Made by a program: the position numbers and the translations under genes. A stretch of DNA of 64,000 nucleotides from Eledone cirrhosa (lineage: Eukaryota): contig OZ024757.1 in the NCBI GenBank assembly GCA_964016885.1, forward strand, positions 30,690,001-30,754,000. Reading direction: 5' to 3'. This document shows, one piece after another, positions 11,468-25,200 of the stretch. The notes under the pieces were generated by a model, which ran no database searches, was not told where the DNA came from, and saw only the letters and a program-made list of their open reading frames with translations. How positions within the stretch are numbered: the stretch's first letter is position 1; each line of letters begins with the position of its first letter.

Positions 11468-14400
11468 GAAGGTGCATGGCTGAGAGGTTAGAGAATTGGT
11501 CTCGGAATCATGAGGTTGTGAGTTTGATTCCCAGACCGGGCGATGCGTCATGTCCTTGAGCAAGATACTTTATTTCACGTTGCTCCATCTACCTGGAGTT
11601 GCAACTGATAAATAGTATTAGCAATTGGAAAAACCAATGGAAACATTGTTTCCTCGGTCTGATTTGACGAAAGTTGATAGACTGTTGATATATATATATA
11701 TATATATATATATGGCTCTCACCTGTCAGTGGGTTCACCTTCAGTCAAGCAGCATATAGTCTGCACTCCTCCCATTTTTTTCACTCTAGATTCTGAGGTT
11801 TGATTCCCCCATAGTGACTGTTGTCCACATTTTCCCATCAATAGGGGTATTTTACCCAATTTTCTAAGCTAACGGTGTTGGACTTACGATCATAATGTCG
11901 TAGGTTTGATTCCTGGGCTGGGTTGTGTGTTGTGTTCTCGAGCAAGACACTTCATTTCACGTTGCTCCAGTATACTCAACTGAAAATGAGTACCAGCAAT
12001 AGCTGGAGGTTTAACCCTGCGATGGACTGGCATCCTGTCCAGTGGGGAGTCTTGTACTCTCAGTCACTTCTCGCCATGAAACCGAGATAAGCACTGGACT
12101 AACGAGCCTACTGACGTAACCCTTTAGTATTTACATTACTCTATATTTACTATTGTATTTTCACAGTAAAGGCTTTATCTCACATAATAACAAATCTATG
12201 AGATTTTGATATTATTTATTTTGAGAACAATAATTTAACATCAGTATGAGCAGCCGGTTAGAGCCAGTTTGAACAGAAAGAGGTGAGAAAATTCTGGCGA
12301 GATACGACTGTAAGGAATGGTTTAATTATTTGTTTTATTCATACATATGCATAATTTATATGTATATATATATATATATATATAACGAAGGAAATGTGGT
12401 AAGGAACCAGGTGGACCATAACGCACCAAAGTACTCAATACTTGAGGTAGTAGAGTGGGTAATAGGAACCAGTAAGACCCCGACAGCTGAGCTCAAGCCG
12501 TTTCGACGGCTAATTCAGTCCAGAATTAGCCGTCGAAACGGCTTGAGCTCAGCTGTCGGGGTCTTACTGGTTGCTATATATATATATATATATATGAAAA
12601 TGTTTAACCCTGACGGCAGAGCTCCAGCCGTTTCAACGGCTATTTCTGGACAATTTTCTAAGCTATTATTTATAATGGCTAACTGTATTTGTATTGGTGG
12701 AAAATATATATAGTGGCATAATGCCAAAGACTGCTTCTACCATGCACACAGAAATACAAGCTGTTTTCCCATCCAGCTCTTTAACCCTTTAGTATTTACA
12801 TTACTCTATATATACTATTGTATTTTCACGATAAAGGCTTTATCTCACATAATTGTATCACATAAAATCGAATCTATGAGATTTGGATATTATTTATTTT
12901 GAGGACAATACCTTAACATCAGTATGAGTGGCCAGTTATGGCTGGTTTGAACAGAAAGAGGTGAGAGAATTCTGGCTGGATACGGCTGGTTTAAATGCTA
13001 AAGGGTTAAGACAGACAGACTTTAACCATACTTACTGTTATTTTCTATGTGGCTGAGTTTCCTACATTTCCTATGAACTTCATAACCCCTCAGCCCTTCG
13101 GAAGTTTGACCTTTGCATACAGTGTTGTTTACATGTATTGTTTTTCTTATTTTGCTAGGTCCAGGCTGTGAAAGAAATTGTCCCAGGGAAAAATGCTAAT
13201 GAAGTTATTTTAGTCCTTCAGTATTATGACAACTGCGTTGAAAGAACTATACAAGCTTATATGGAAGGTGGGTGATTGTTACTTTTGGAATATGTAACCA
13301 GTATTACCAGTCATGTGAAGGTGTGTAGTTTAGTGGTTAGAGAGTTGGATTAACAATCGTGAGGTTGTGAGTTAAATTCTTGGACCTGGTGATGCATTGT
13401 GTCCTTGAGCAAGGCACTTTATTTCACGTTGCTCTTTCTGCCAGGAGTTGGGACTGGTAGATAGTATCAGCAATGGTAAGACCAATGGAAACATTGTTTT
13501 CTTGGTCCGATATGACGATGTCCACTCTACCCCACTCTGTAGGCGAATGAGGTCTGGGATCTTGTCAATTGATCAAAGCGACCAGTCATGTACTGGGGTT
13601 AATTTAATCAACTTTGCCCTCCCCATCTCCCCATTTGTTGGACGTGCAATGTAAGAGCGAGAGAAAGACAGAGCTTGGATAAGCTGAGGAAAAGCTGGGT
13701 TTAAGAGGAATCCGAGGTGTTGTGCAGGAGAGAAGACTTCGTTAGTACGGACATGTGATGCGCATGGATGATGATTGCTGGATGAAGAAGTGGCAGGAAA
13801 TTCCAGTGGAAGGAAGCCGCAGTAGAGGAAGACCAAGGAAGACCTGGGTGGAGGTGGTGAGAGCTGATCTCAAATCACTGAGACTAACAGAGGAGGTGGC
13901 AAATGAAATATGGCCAATGTCATCCACTAACTCCTCTCCTAACATTCCCACTACTGAGGGTCAGGGACCATGAACAACTGCACTAATGCTCTCCGCTAAA
14001 TCCTCTCACCCCTTCCCCACCACTGAGGGTCGGGGACCATGAACAACTGCACTAATGCTCTCCACTGAATCCTCTCAGCCCTTCCCTACCACTGAGGGTC
14101 GGAGACCATGAACAACTGCACTAATGTTCTCCACCAATTCCTCTCTTTCCATCCCCACCACTAATGGTCAACCAACTACACTAATGCTCTCTACCGACTC
14201 CTCTCCTTTGCCACAACTGTGCACTCTGCCAGCACTTGTCCGTCCAGTCCCCAATGTCACTATTCCCCTGTACCCCTGGTCCTTCTCACGATCTGCCACC
14301 GATGCATCCCTCCAGGATGTGGGATGGGTGCAGAGGTTTTGGTTCCTGATGTGACATGGCCAAAGTACTGCAGCCTTTGACCCCACTCCATATCCCTACA

Positions 14401-17400
14401 CACAGTAATTTAATATATTAGACTATCAGAAATTATTCTTTTGTTCTATAGATGGTGCTACAGAGGCTCTGAAAGAATGGCATCTTCCTGACAATAAGGT
14501 GAGTGGCATATGGTAGCTATATCTTTGCTTTGGTTTGGTTTACTTATTGGTGTTGGTGGTGGTGTTTGTGGTGATGTTTGTGTTTTTGTTGGTGGTGTTA
14601 TTGGTGTTGTTGGTGCTGTTGGTGATGGTGTTAGTGTTATTTGTGGTGTTGTTGTTGTTTATACATAGCTATACTGTATATATATCCAGGTGTTTAGAAT
14701 AGGTGCATTGTCTCCCTGTGTGTCGTAAGAGGCAACAAAAAGGCTTGGCATTAAGAAGGGCACCCAGCTGTGAAATCTTGCCTCAAATCATCCTGTCCAA
14801 CCCATGCCAGCATGGAAAACTTCAGGTAAAAATGATGGTGACGTTGATGATGATGATCTCATCATCATCATTTAATGTCTGCCCTCCTTGGTTAGCTGAA
14901 GTACCCTCTCGACCGCTTTGTTTGCCAGGTTTTCTGCAGCTGATACCCTTCCTATTGCCAACCACTTTACAGAGTGTACTGGGTGTGTTTATCATGTAAA
15001 TCACCACCACTAAGAAGGTTAGCTGAAGAATCCTCCTGACTCCTTTTATGGCAGGTTTTCTACAGCTGGCTGCTCTTCCTATTACCAGCCACTTTACAGA
15101 GTGTACTGGGTGTGTTTATTATGTAAATCACCAACTTTAGGGAGGTTTGCTGAAAAGTCTACCCAGAGGCATAACTAGGGAAAATAGCGCCTTTGGCAAG
15201 CAGTTGAATTGCACCCCTGCTTAGCACTGTATTTTTACCTATGAGCCTAATAATTTAAATAAATGGTTTAATGATCCAGCCACCATAGTGTTTCTCACCC
15301 ATGATAATCAGAGACAGGTCATATATCTGAAGAGGTTTCTTTTTTTTCACTCTCTGACGAGGCTTATTTAACTTTAATAGAACATGCTCCTAGTCCAAGT
15401 GGTGCCCATGGCACTTGCTATGCTTGCCATACCTTAGTTACGCTTCTGAGTCTACCTGACACCTTTTGTTTGGCAGGTCTTCTACTAATACAGAGGAAAT
15501 ATATACTAATGTTTATTGAATCCTATTTTGTAGGTCTTGAAACAAAAGAAGAAGAACAAAAAGAAGTCCAACCCGAACCCTGCTCCCACTGAACCACAGC
15601 AGAAACCCAGTTCTCAGGGGCAAGTAAATAATTCAAAAGGGCCCACTGATGTTGTTAATGGTAAGTAGTATCAGTGATCAACCCCACTCTCCCTCATCTG
15701 CCTCCCACTCTCAGTTTTGCTGAAATGAGGGTCCTCAGATATTCCATTTTTTTCTTTTCTTATAGTTTCCCTTATTTTCTGGTTTTGCTTTGGTTTATTA
15801 TTGGCGGATGGTGATTGTCGTATGTGTGTGTGTTGATGACGTGTGTGGGTGGGGTCATGTGTGTGTATGGGTGGTGGCATGTGTGCGTATGGGTGGTGAC
15901 ATCTGTGTGTGTTGGTAACGTGTATGTGTGTGTGTGTGTGTGGGTTGCTGGCATATGTTTATGTGTGGTGGCATGTATGTATGTGTGCGGGAGCATGTGT
16001 GTCTATATCTGTGAGTAGGGGGCATGTGTGCGTGTGTTGGTTGGGGCATGTATATGAGGGGAAGGAGGGAGGGGATATCAAATGTGAGAACATCTGGTGG
16101 TTAGAGTGTCTGGTGCTGAGAACATCTGGTTCTTAGAACGTCTGGTTCTTAGAATGTCTGGTGATTAGATCATCTGGTGGTGAGAACATCTGGTTCTTAG
16201 CATGTCAGGTGATTAGAGCGTCTGGTGGTTAGAATGTTTGGTAGTTAGATCATCTGGTGGTGAGAACGTCTGGTGGTTAGCACGTCTGGTGGTTAGCACG
16301 TCTGGTGGTTAGCACGTCTGGTGGTTAGCACGTCTGGTTCTTAGAATGTCTGGTTCTTAGAATGTCTGGTGATTAGAGCATCTGGTGATTAGAATGTCTG
16401 GTAGTTAGATCATCTGGTGGTTAGAACATCTGGTTCTTAGCATGTCTGGTGTTTAGGACATCTCGTGGTTAGAATGTCTGGTGGGTAGAACATTTGGTGG
16501 TTAGAGTCTGGTGTTTAGGACATCTGGTTCTTAGAACGTCTGGTTCTTAGAATGTCTGGTGATTAGATCATCTGGTGGTGAGAACATCTGGTTCTTAGCA
16601 TGTCTGGTGATTAGAGCGTCTGGTGGTTAGAATGTTTGGTAGTTAGATCATCTGGTGGTGAGAACATCTGGTGGTTAGCACGTCTGGTGGTTAGCACGTC
16701 TGGTTCTTAGAATGTCTGGTTCTTAGAATGTCTGGTGATTAGAGCATCTGGTGATTAGAATGTCTGGTAGTTAGATCATCTGGTGGTTAGGACGTCTGGT
16801 GGTGAGAACATCTGGTTCTTAGCATGTCTGGTGTTTAGGACATCTCGTGGTTAGAATGTCTGGTGGTGAGAACATTTGGTGGTTAGAGTCTGGTGTTTAG
16901 GACATCTGGTGGTTAGAGAGTATCTACAGGGTCATAGTGGGAGACCTGCCTAATTTCTTTTTTTTTTTGTATATTTAAAATAAATTGTTTACACTTTTTG
17001 TTTTAATTAATTAATCTTTTTTTTTTATTTTTATTTCCCCACAATTTAATTAAATGATAATTGTTTTCTTTTCTTTTGTTTATTTTTTATTTATTTATTT
17101 ATTTATTTTTTACCTTTCAAGGAAGTCATTGCTAAATCTTTTTGTTTTCTCTCAGGACATTCTGGCTGGAAGAAAACTGGCAACAGGGTTGACTTTGGTC
17201 CAAATCTGGTGCCTAAGGTCAGGAAACCATATGCAGGTGTGAACCTAAATAAATTTTCAATAACATATAGTATTAAATTTTAATTGATTTAGATAAAATT
17301 TTGGCACCGAACTTTGTGTGGAGCCATGTCTTTGAAACAAGACTACATTAACAGTTTTGCAATTACTATAGTTGAAAATATGTATGAAATTAACTAAATT

Positions 17401-19785
17401 GGTTTTTGTGCTGCAAAAGTTACTGCCAACCAGTCAGCTCAAGATTACTAACGAAGCTAACAATTTTGTTGCTTACTAATTTTGTAGTTTAGTTAAGCTG
17501 CTCTTCAAATAGACTTATTCATCATACTATACATTATTCTAACTACTATACATGCACCTTTGATGAGTTGTAGTGCACCTGAGCACTGTACACAATAATT
17601 TTCATTATATCATTACCATATAAGCCAGTGTACAAGTCGATCTAGCGCATAAGTGACCCCTAAAATTCTAAGATGTAATTCAGGTTTAGGCCTATATTCA
17701 CCGGATAAGATGAACCCCACCTCCAAATAAGGCAGTACTATCTCCCCAGCCCTAGATGCGCTTGCCATTCTTAAATATTACGTTAAATAGATTTAACAAA
17801 TATGAGATTCAGTAGGAAATAATTGTGGTGGGCTGCTAGAGTTATGGTAAGTGGTATACAACGAGTTTTAGGCAGGCAGTTGTCAATGAAATATTCTTAT
17901 CATAATATAATTCTTTTCTTGATTGTTTGTTAACATTTGACTAATCCAGCTTCAGTTAATCCATGATGTTTCAGTTAATTCTCAGCACTTCCCCCCACCC
18001 CCCCCCAAAAAAAACCTTTTCTTTCTTTTACTTACTTTATTATTGGAATGAAATGTGGAAAGATAAAAAACAACTTTAAATGTGGAAAGATAAAAACAGC
18101 ATTGAAATGTGGAAAGATAAAAAATAGCATTGGAATGTGGAAAAATAAAAACAACATTGAAATGTGGAAAGATAAAAAAACAGCATGGAAATGTGGAAAG
18201 ATAAAAACAGTATTGAAATGTGGAAGAAAAAAACAAAACAAAAAAAACAGCATTGAAATGTGGAAAGATAAAAAAACAGCATTGAAATGTGGAAAGATAA
18301 AAAACAGCATGGAAATGTGGAAAAAATAAAAACAGTATTGAAATGTGGAAAAATAAAAAAAACAGCATTGAAATGTGGAAAGATAAAAACAGCATTGAAA
18401 TGTAGAAATATAAAAAAACAGCATTTAGACAGTAAGGAACAAAAGCCATTTGATGGGTCTTGTTTGTGAAGATATAGCTTGACAATGATGCTACATTTTG
18501 GTGGTCTTAGATGAAGAATTCTGGGTGAAGAAGTTCCAGGTGATGCGAAGTGGAAGGAAACTGCAATAGAGGGTGACTGAGAAAACCCTGGTTAGGGGTG
18601 GTTAGAGCTGATCTCAAAACACTGAGCATCGCAGATGAGATGAGATGAGCGAAGAGAGGCTGTGGTGGAAAGGACCCCTCCAATCCATGCAAGCATGGAA
18701 AAGCGGACATAAAAAGAATGATGATGATGATGATGATCGATGGTAGTCGATATATATATGATGCAACACTGATTCTTTGTTCCCTTACATATTAATACTA
18801 TATATATATATATCATCATATATCATCATCATCATCATTTAACGTCCACTTTTCCCTGCTTGCAAGGGTGGGACGGGAACTGATTCTGGCTTGATTTCTA
18901 CAGCTGGATGCCCTTCCTAACACCAACCTCATTTACAGTGAATGCTGGGTGCTTTTTTGCCGTGGCACCTCCACGACCACTTTGCAGTGGAATGATAGGG
19001 ACCCCAGTCCCTATCATCTCATTTCTACAGCTGAGTAAACTGGAGCAATGTGAAATAAAGTGTCTTGCTCAAGGAAACAACACACACATATATATATATA
19101 GATAGATAGATAGTTGAAAATGAACAAACAAAACACAGGAGGCAATTTTACACGGTTATGATATGTATTTGTTCAGCAAGAATCTTGACTTGAAATCGTG
19201 TGTTGAAACTGATATTGTTATATTTGCGGATGGTCATTTTGCCTATTGAACGCTCACACACACCATATAACTTTCACTTTATCTTTATTCTTCCATCATA
19301 GCAGTCATGTACTGGGGTCAATATAATCAACTGACCATCTTGCAAAAACAATTTCTGGCTTTGTTATGTTAGAAAAAAAACAAAACATGGGCGGAGGTGG
19401 TGAGAGCAGACCTCAGATCGCTGAAACTCACCGAGGAGATGACGAAGGACCGTGACAAGTGGAGAGATGTTGTGCTGAATAGGATCCGTCCAACCCTTGC
19501 AAGCAGGGAAAAGCAGATGTAAAATGATGATGATGATATATATATATATTGATATATATTTCTTCCAGATTTAATAATAATAACAATAATGCTAATGATA
19601 ATATTGTTTTGTGACAGGATTCTGTGCTATTAATATTGTTGTGGAAAGGAAACAAAACATTTGTGATGAGAAAATATTCATCCCATGATTGGGGTTACAT
19701 AAATATTCATCTTGTTATAATACATTCTATTATTGAACTGTCAGTGTTTTAGGTCTTGAGATGTCAATATATATATATATACGTG

Positions 19786-19817
<32 letters not shown>

Positions 19818-19880
19818 CATATATGAGAGAGAGATGTATATATGCATGTATGTATGTGTGTTTTCGGCCTTGAGATGTCA

Positions 19881-19956
<76 letters not shown>

Positions 19957-20030
19957 ATATATGAGAGAGAGAGAGAGATGTATATAGTATGTATGTATAA
20001 GTGTGTTTTAGGCCTTGAGAAGTCAATATA

Positions 20031-20067
<37 letters not shown>

Positions 20068-21181
20068 ATGTGTGCATATATGAGAGAGAGAGAGAGATGT
20101 ATATATTATGTATGTATAAGTGCGTTTTAGGCCTTGAGATGTCAATATATATATATATATGTGTTTATAGGTTTGTTATCTTTATTGATTTATTACTTTA
20201 AATCGAGTCAGGCAAACCATATTGTATTAAGTTAGTATTTTTTTCAACCTAGTTAACTTTGCAATTGGAACACATGTATACTTATATCTGTGTTAATTCC
20301 TCTCATATATTCAATTATATTATGTTATACGGCTTGGAAAAATTTCTTTCTTTGAGCTATTTAATTGTAAAAGACTATTTTGAGTTTCTAACTCAAAATA
20401 GTTATCATCATCATCATCATCATCACCGTTTTACGTCCGTTCCTCCACGCTAGCATGGGTTAGATGGGTTTTCCTGTTGTAGGCAGTGTCCAGTCGGCTG
20501 ACCTTGTCTTGCTCATACAGGAACTGATTCTGGCTTGATTTCTACAGCTGGATGCCCTTCCTAACACCAACCTCATTTTCAGTGAGTGCTGGGTGCTTTT
20601 TTTCCGTGGCGCCTACGGGTCCACTTTACAGTGTGGGCTGGGTGCTTTTTTTTTTTTGCCGTGGCACCTCCACAACCACTTTGCAGTGGAATGATAGGGA
20701 CCCCAGTCCTATCATCTCATTTCTACAGCTGAGTAAACTGTATATATGTTTGTGTATATATGTTTGTGTACGTATGTATATATATATATATATGCATTTC
20801 AGAGTTTGAGAAGTATGTGTGTGTGTTTTAGGGCTTGTGAAGTTGATGTGTGTGTGTTTGAAGTTGGTGTATGTATGTTAGGGCTTGTGAAGTTGATATA
20901 TGTCTGTGTGTGTTTTAGGGTTTGTGAAGTTTATATTTATATGAATATATGTATATAAATAAATCTGCATGTTTTAGGTCTTGAGAAGTTGATATATATA
21001 ATATATATATATATTTAATATAGAAATGGCTTCTACAGGACTAGAACTGTTTCATTCGGAGGAAATTGTTTTCCTCCAAATGAAACAGTTCTAGTCTTGT
21101 AGAAGCCATTTCTATATTAAATATTTATACTCTTCTATGTATTGAGAACCTTATTTACTGTGGTTACCCCCGGGATAAACA

Positions 21182-21225
<44 letters not shown>

Positions 21226-21476
21226 TATATATATATACAATTTTCATGGGTACGTCTCTATTTATAAAACAAACTTTGTATTTTATCTGATGAAAGCGTA
21301 CCAATGTTGTCTTGTTACCCTTGATATATATATAATAAAATAAATATGGTTTTATAAATATAGTTTCCATTTATTTAATATCATTGAATATTTACTCCAG
21401 TAACTTGTTGAGTGCTCTTAATCAGTTATAAACATTTATATTTGTTGGACTTCCAACAAATTAAATACCCCTTCTA

Positions 21477-21517
<41 letters not shown>

Positions 21518-21887
21518 TATTATAAAATAACTGGAGGCTAGACTGGTGTAATTCCTTAAAGGTTTAGTATACTATGAACATTTCAATGACCAGGTTCAGT
21601 ATGAATCCGGTGACATCATCAGGTATTCAACATTTAACAAAGGAATATAATCCATGGGGTTGAAAAGGCAGAGAGACAAGAAGGCGGCCACACATTTAGC
21701 AGTTTCTAGTTCGGTTGGCCGCCCTCAAATGAAGACTACCAATTCTTTTTATGTCTTTCTGGTGAAGGGGTGTAAGCTTATAGTGTACGACTACCTCCCC
21801 GTCACGGACAGAGGCTAGCGGTGGGATCAGGTTATATTGAAATTGGTCAGAAGTGCTAAAAAGTGCCAAGAAATCTATTTTTTATAT

Positions 21888-21924
<37 letters not shown>

Positions 21925-21932
21925 ATATATAT

Positions 21933-21965
<33 letters not shown>

Positions 21966-21988
21966 GAATATATATATATGTGTATATA

Positions 21989-22049
<61 letters not shown>

Positions 22050-22051
22050 GG

Positions 22052-22083
<32 letters not shown>

Positions 22084-22118
22084 GGATATATATATATATA
22101 TATATATATAGAATATAT

Positions 22119-22159
<41 letters not shown>

Positions 22160-22194
22160 ATATATATATTTATATGTATATATATATATATATA

Positions 22195-22239
<45 letters not shown>

Positions 22240-25200
22240 ATGTATATATGTATATGTATATATATATATGTATATGTATATATGTATATGTATATATATA
22301 TATGTATATATATATATGTATATGTATATATATATATGTATGTATATATATATATGTGTGTATATGTATATATATATATAAATGTTTTAGGTCTTGAGAA
22401 GTCGATCAAAGATTTGAACAGACAGGCAGCAGCTGTTGATAGGTTAGAATTGGTGCTGAATGAAGAAGTGAAGAAAGCTTACAAAAGAATAAGTACAGTC
22501 TTTGAAGAAATGAATTCTTGGTAAGTACCGTCTACCATCTTCTATTTATTACATTTATTGTTACTGTCACTTTTGTGTTGCTGACTGGTGTAGCTGTTTA
22601 TTGGTCATACCACTGTAATGGTTAGTGGGATATGTTGACCATACTATACTAAAATATACTATAATAATAATAATATACTCATCATACTATATTATAATAT
22701 ATCATACTATACTAAACTATACTATATTATAATATACTATACCATACTAAACTAAACTATACTATATTATACCATACCATACCATATTATACCATACTAT
22801 ACTATACTATATTATAATATACCATATCATATTATGGTATAATATGATGTACATATTATACAATAATATCATACTATATAATAATATACCATACCATAGT
22901 ATAATATAGTATAGCATACCATACTACTGTGATGGTTAGTCGCATATGTTGACCATACCATACTAAAATTTACTATAATAATAATATACTTATCATACTA
23001 TATTATAATATACCATACCATAATACACCATACCATACTATACTATATTATAATATACCATACCATAATACACCATACCATACCATACTATACTATATTA
23101 TAATATACCATACCATAATACACCATACCATACTATACTATATTATAATATACCATACCGTACCATACTATACTATATTATAATATACCATATCATATTT
23201 TGGTATAATATGATATACATATACAATTATATCATACTATATAATAATATACCATACTATAATATAGTATAGCATACCATACCACTGTGATGGTTAGTGG
23301 AAACTGTTTACCATACTATACCATTCCATACCACTGTAATGGTTAGTGGAAACTGTTGACCGTACCATACTATACCATTCCAGACCACTGTAATGGTTAA
23401 TGGCTGCTGTTGACAATACCATACTTTAATATAATATGCTATACTACACCATACCACACTATAATATATACCATATCATACCAGTGTAATGGTTAGTGGT
23501 ATCTGTTAACAATATCATATCATACCTTTATATAATAATATACTGTATCATACAATACCATACCATACCAGTATAATGGTTAGTGGTATCTGTTGACAAT
23601 ATCATACCATACTTTAGTATAATAAAATACCAGACCTTACCATTCAGTACCACACAATATCTTACAATACCAGACTATACCTACCTTGATTGATCATAGA
23701 TTGATTGGTGATTTGATTGATTGATTTGATTAATGATGGATGTGCAATGTCAATGTGCGTGAATGACCAAGCATAGACGAGTTGAGAGAGAAACTGTGTA
23801 TAAGAGGGATAGGCTGTGGTGTGCGGAAGAGAAGACTGCGTTGGTATGGACATGTGATGCGCATGGAGGATGACTGCTGGGTAAAGAAATGCCAAGAAAT
23901 TCCAGTAGAAGGAAGACAAAGAAGAGGAAGACCACGAAAAACATGGGGGAGGTGGTGAGAGCTGATCTCAGATCACTGAAGTTCATGGAGGAGATGACGA
24001 AGGACCGTGACGAGTGGAGAGAGGCTGTGCTGAATAGGACCTGTCCCACCCTTGCAAGCAAGGAAAAGTGGACGTAAAATGATGATGATGATTCATTGAT
24101 TTCAATGATTTTATTAATTGATTAGTTTTTGATTGATTGATTTGATTGGTAATTGATTGATTATTCATTTATTGATGCTTGTATTGATTTTTTGGATTGA
24201 TGATTGTATTGATTAACAATTAATTAACCTATTCTCTTCCCCAGTCTGAAAGAAAGAGAGACACAAATGATTCAGGAACTTGACAAAGTCAATGTAGATG
24301 CAGGTAAGGGTTTCTTTGTTGTTGTTGTTGGTGGTAGTGGTGTGGTTGTTGTTAGTGTTGTTGTAGATGTAGTTGTTGTGGCTGTTGTTGATGTTGTTGT
24401 TCAAATCCTGTCGAGGTTAACTTTGCCTTTCATCCTTATGGGGGTCGATAAAATAAAGTACCAGTCACATACTGGGGTTGATTTATTCGACTCTCGCCTC
24501 CCCCAAAATTGCTGGCCTTGTGCCTATATAAGAAACCATTATTTGTTGTTGTTGTGGTTGTTTAATTCCTGCATATATTTACTGTTTCACTCATAGGGGG
24601 ACAGTGTACTTCATATTGTAGTGTGTATGTGTATGAACCCATGCCAGCATGGAAAAATGGACGTTAAACGGCGATGATGATGATGATGATGATGATGTGG
24701 GTATGTGTGTGTATGTATGTATGTGTGTTTGTGTGTGTTTGTGTGAATGTGTATGTGTGTCTCTATATATCTATGTGTATGTATGTATATGAATGTCTGT
24801 ATGTATATCTGTGACATAAGCGGATTTGAGATGTTAAGAGTTGAAAACTAGTTTCCTTTATTTTTATGCCAATGTTTCTTGCTTTTTTCTATTTTATTAT
24901 ATTTTAATGTAATGATGCAATATAATGTAATGGAACCTGCTTAATTTCTGTTATTGAGACATCTGGTATACAAATTGTTGACATATCTGGAATTGTTTAT
25001 TGCAGAAGATGTTTTAAAACAGCGAAAACAGAAAGCTGCTGATTTGAGAGTTCAAATTGATCGAGCTCAACAGATGAAAGATAGCGAAGTAGCTGAACTG
25101 AGAAGTCAAATTAAGGTATTTTGAGCTTGTATTATTCTTGTCTTTTTCAGTTCTCATGATTTTATTGTCTTTCTTTGTAGCCTTTCAGAAGTGAAATTAC

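Noticed and set aside
15354-15385. CTGACGA hammerhead-like core inside the hAT MITE
   Set aside because: No stem II-GAAA-stem III follows
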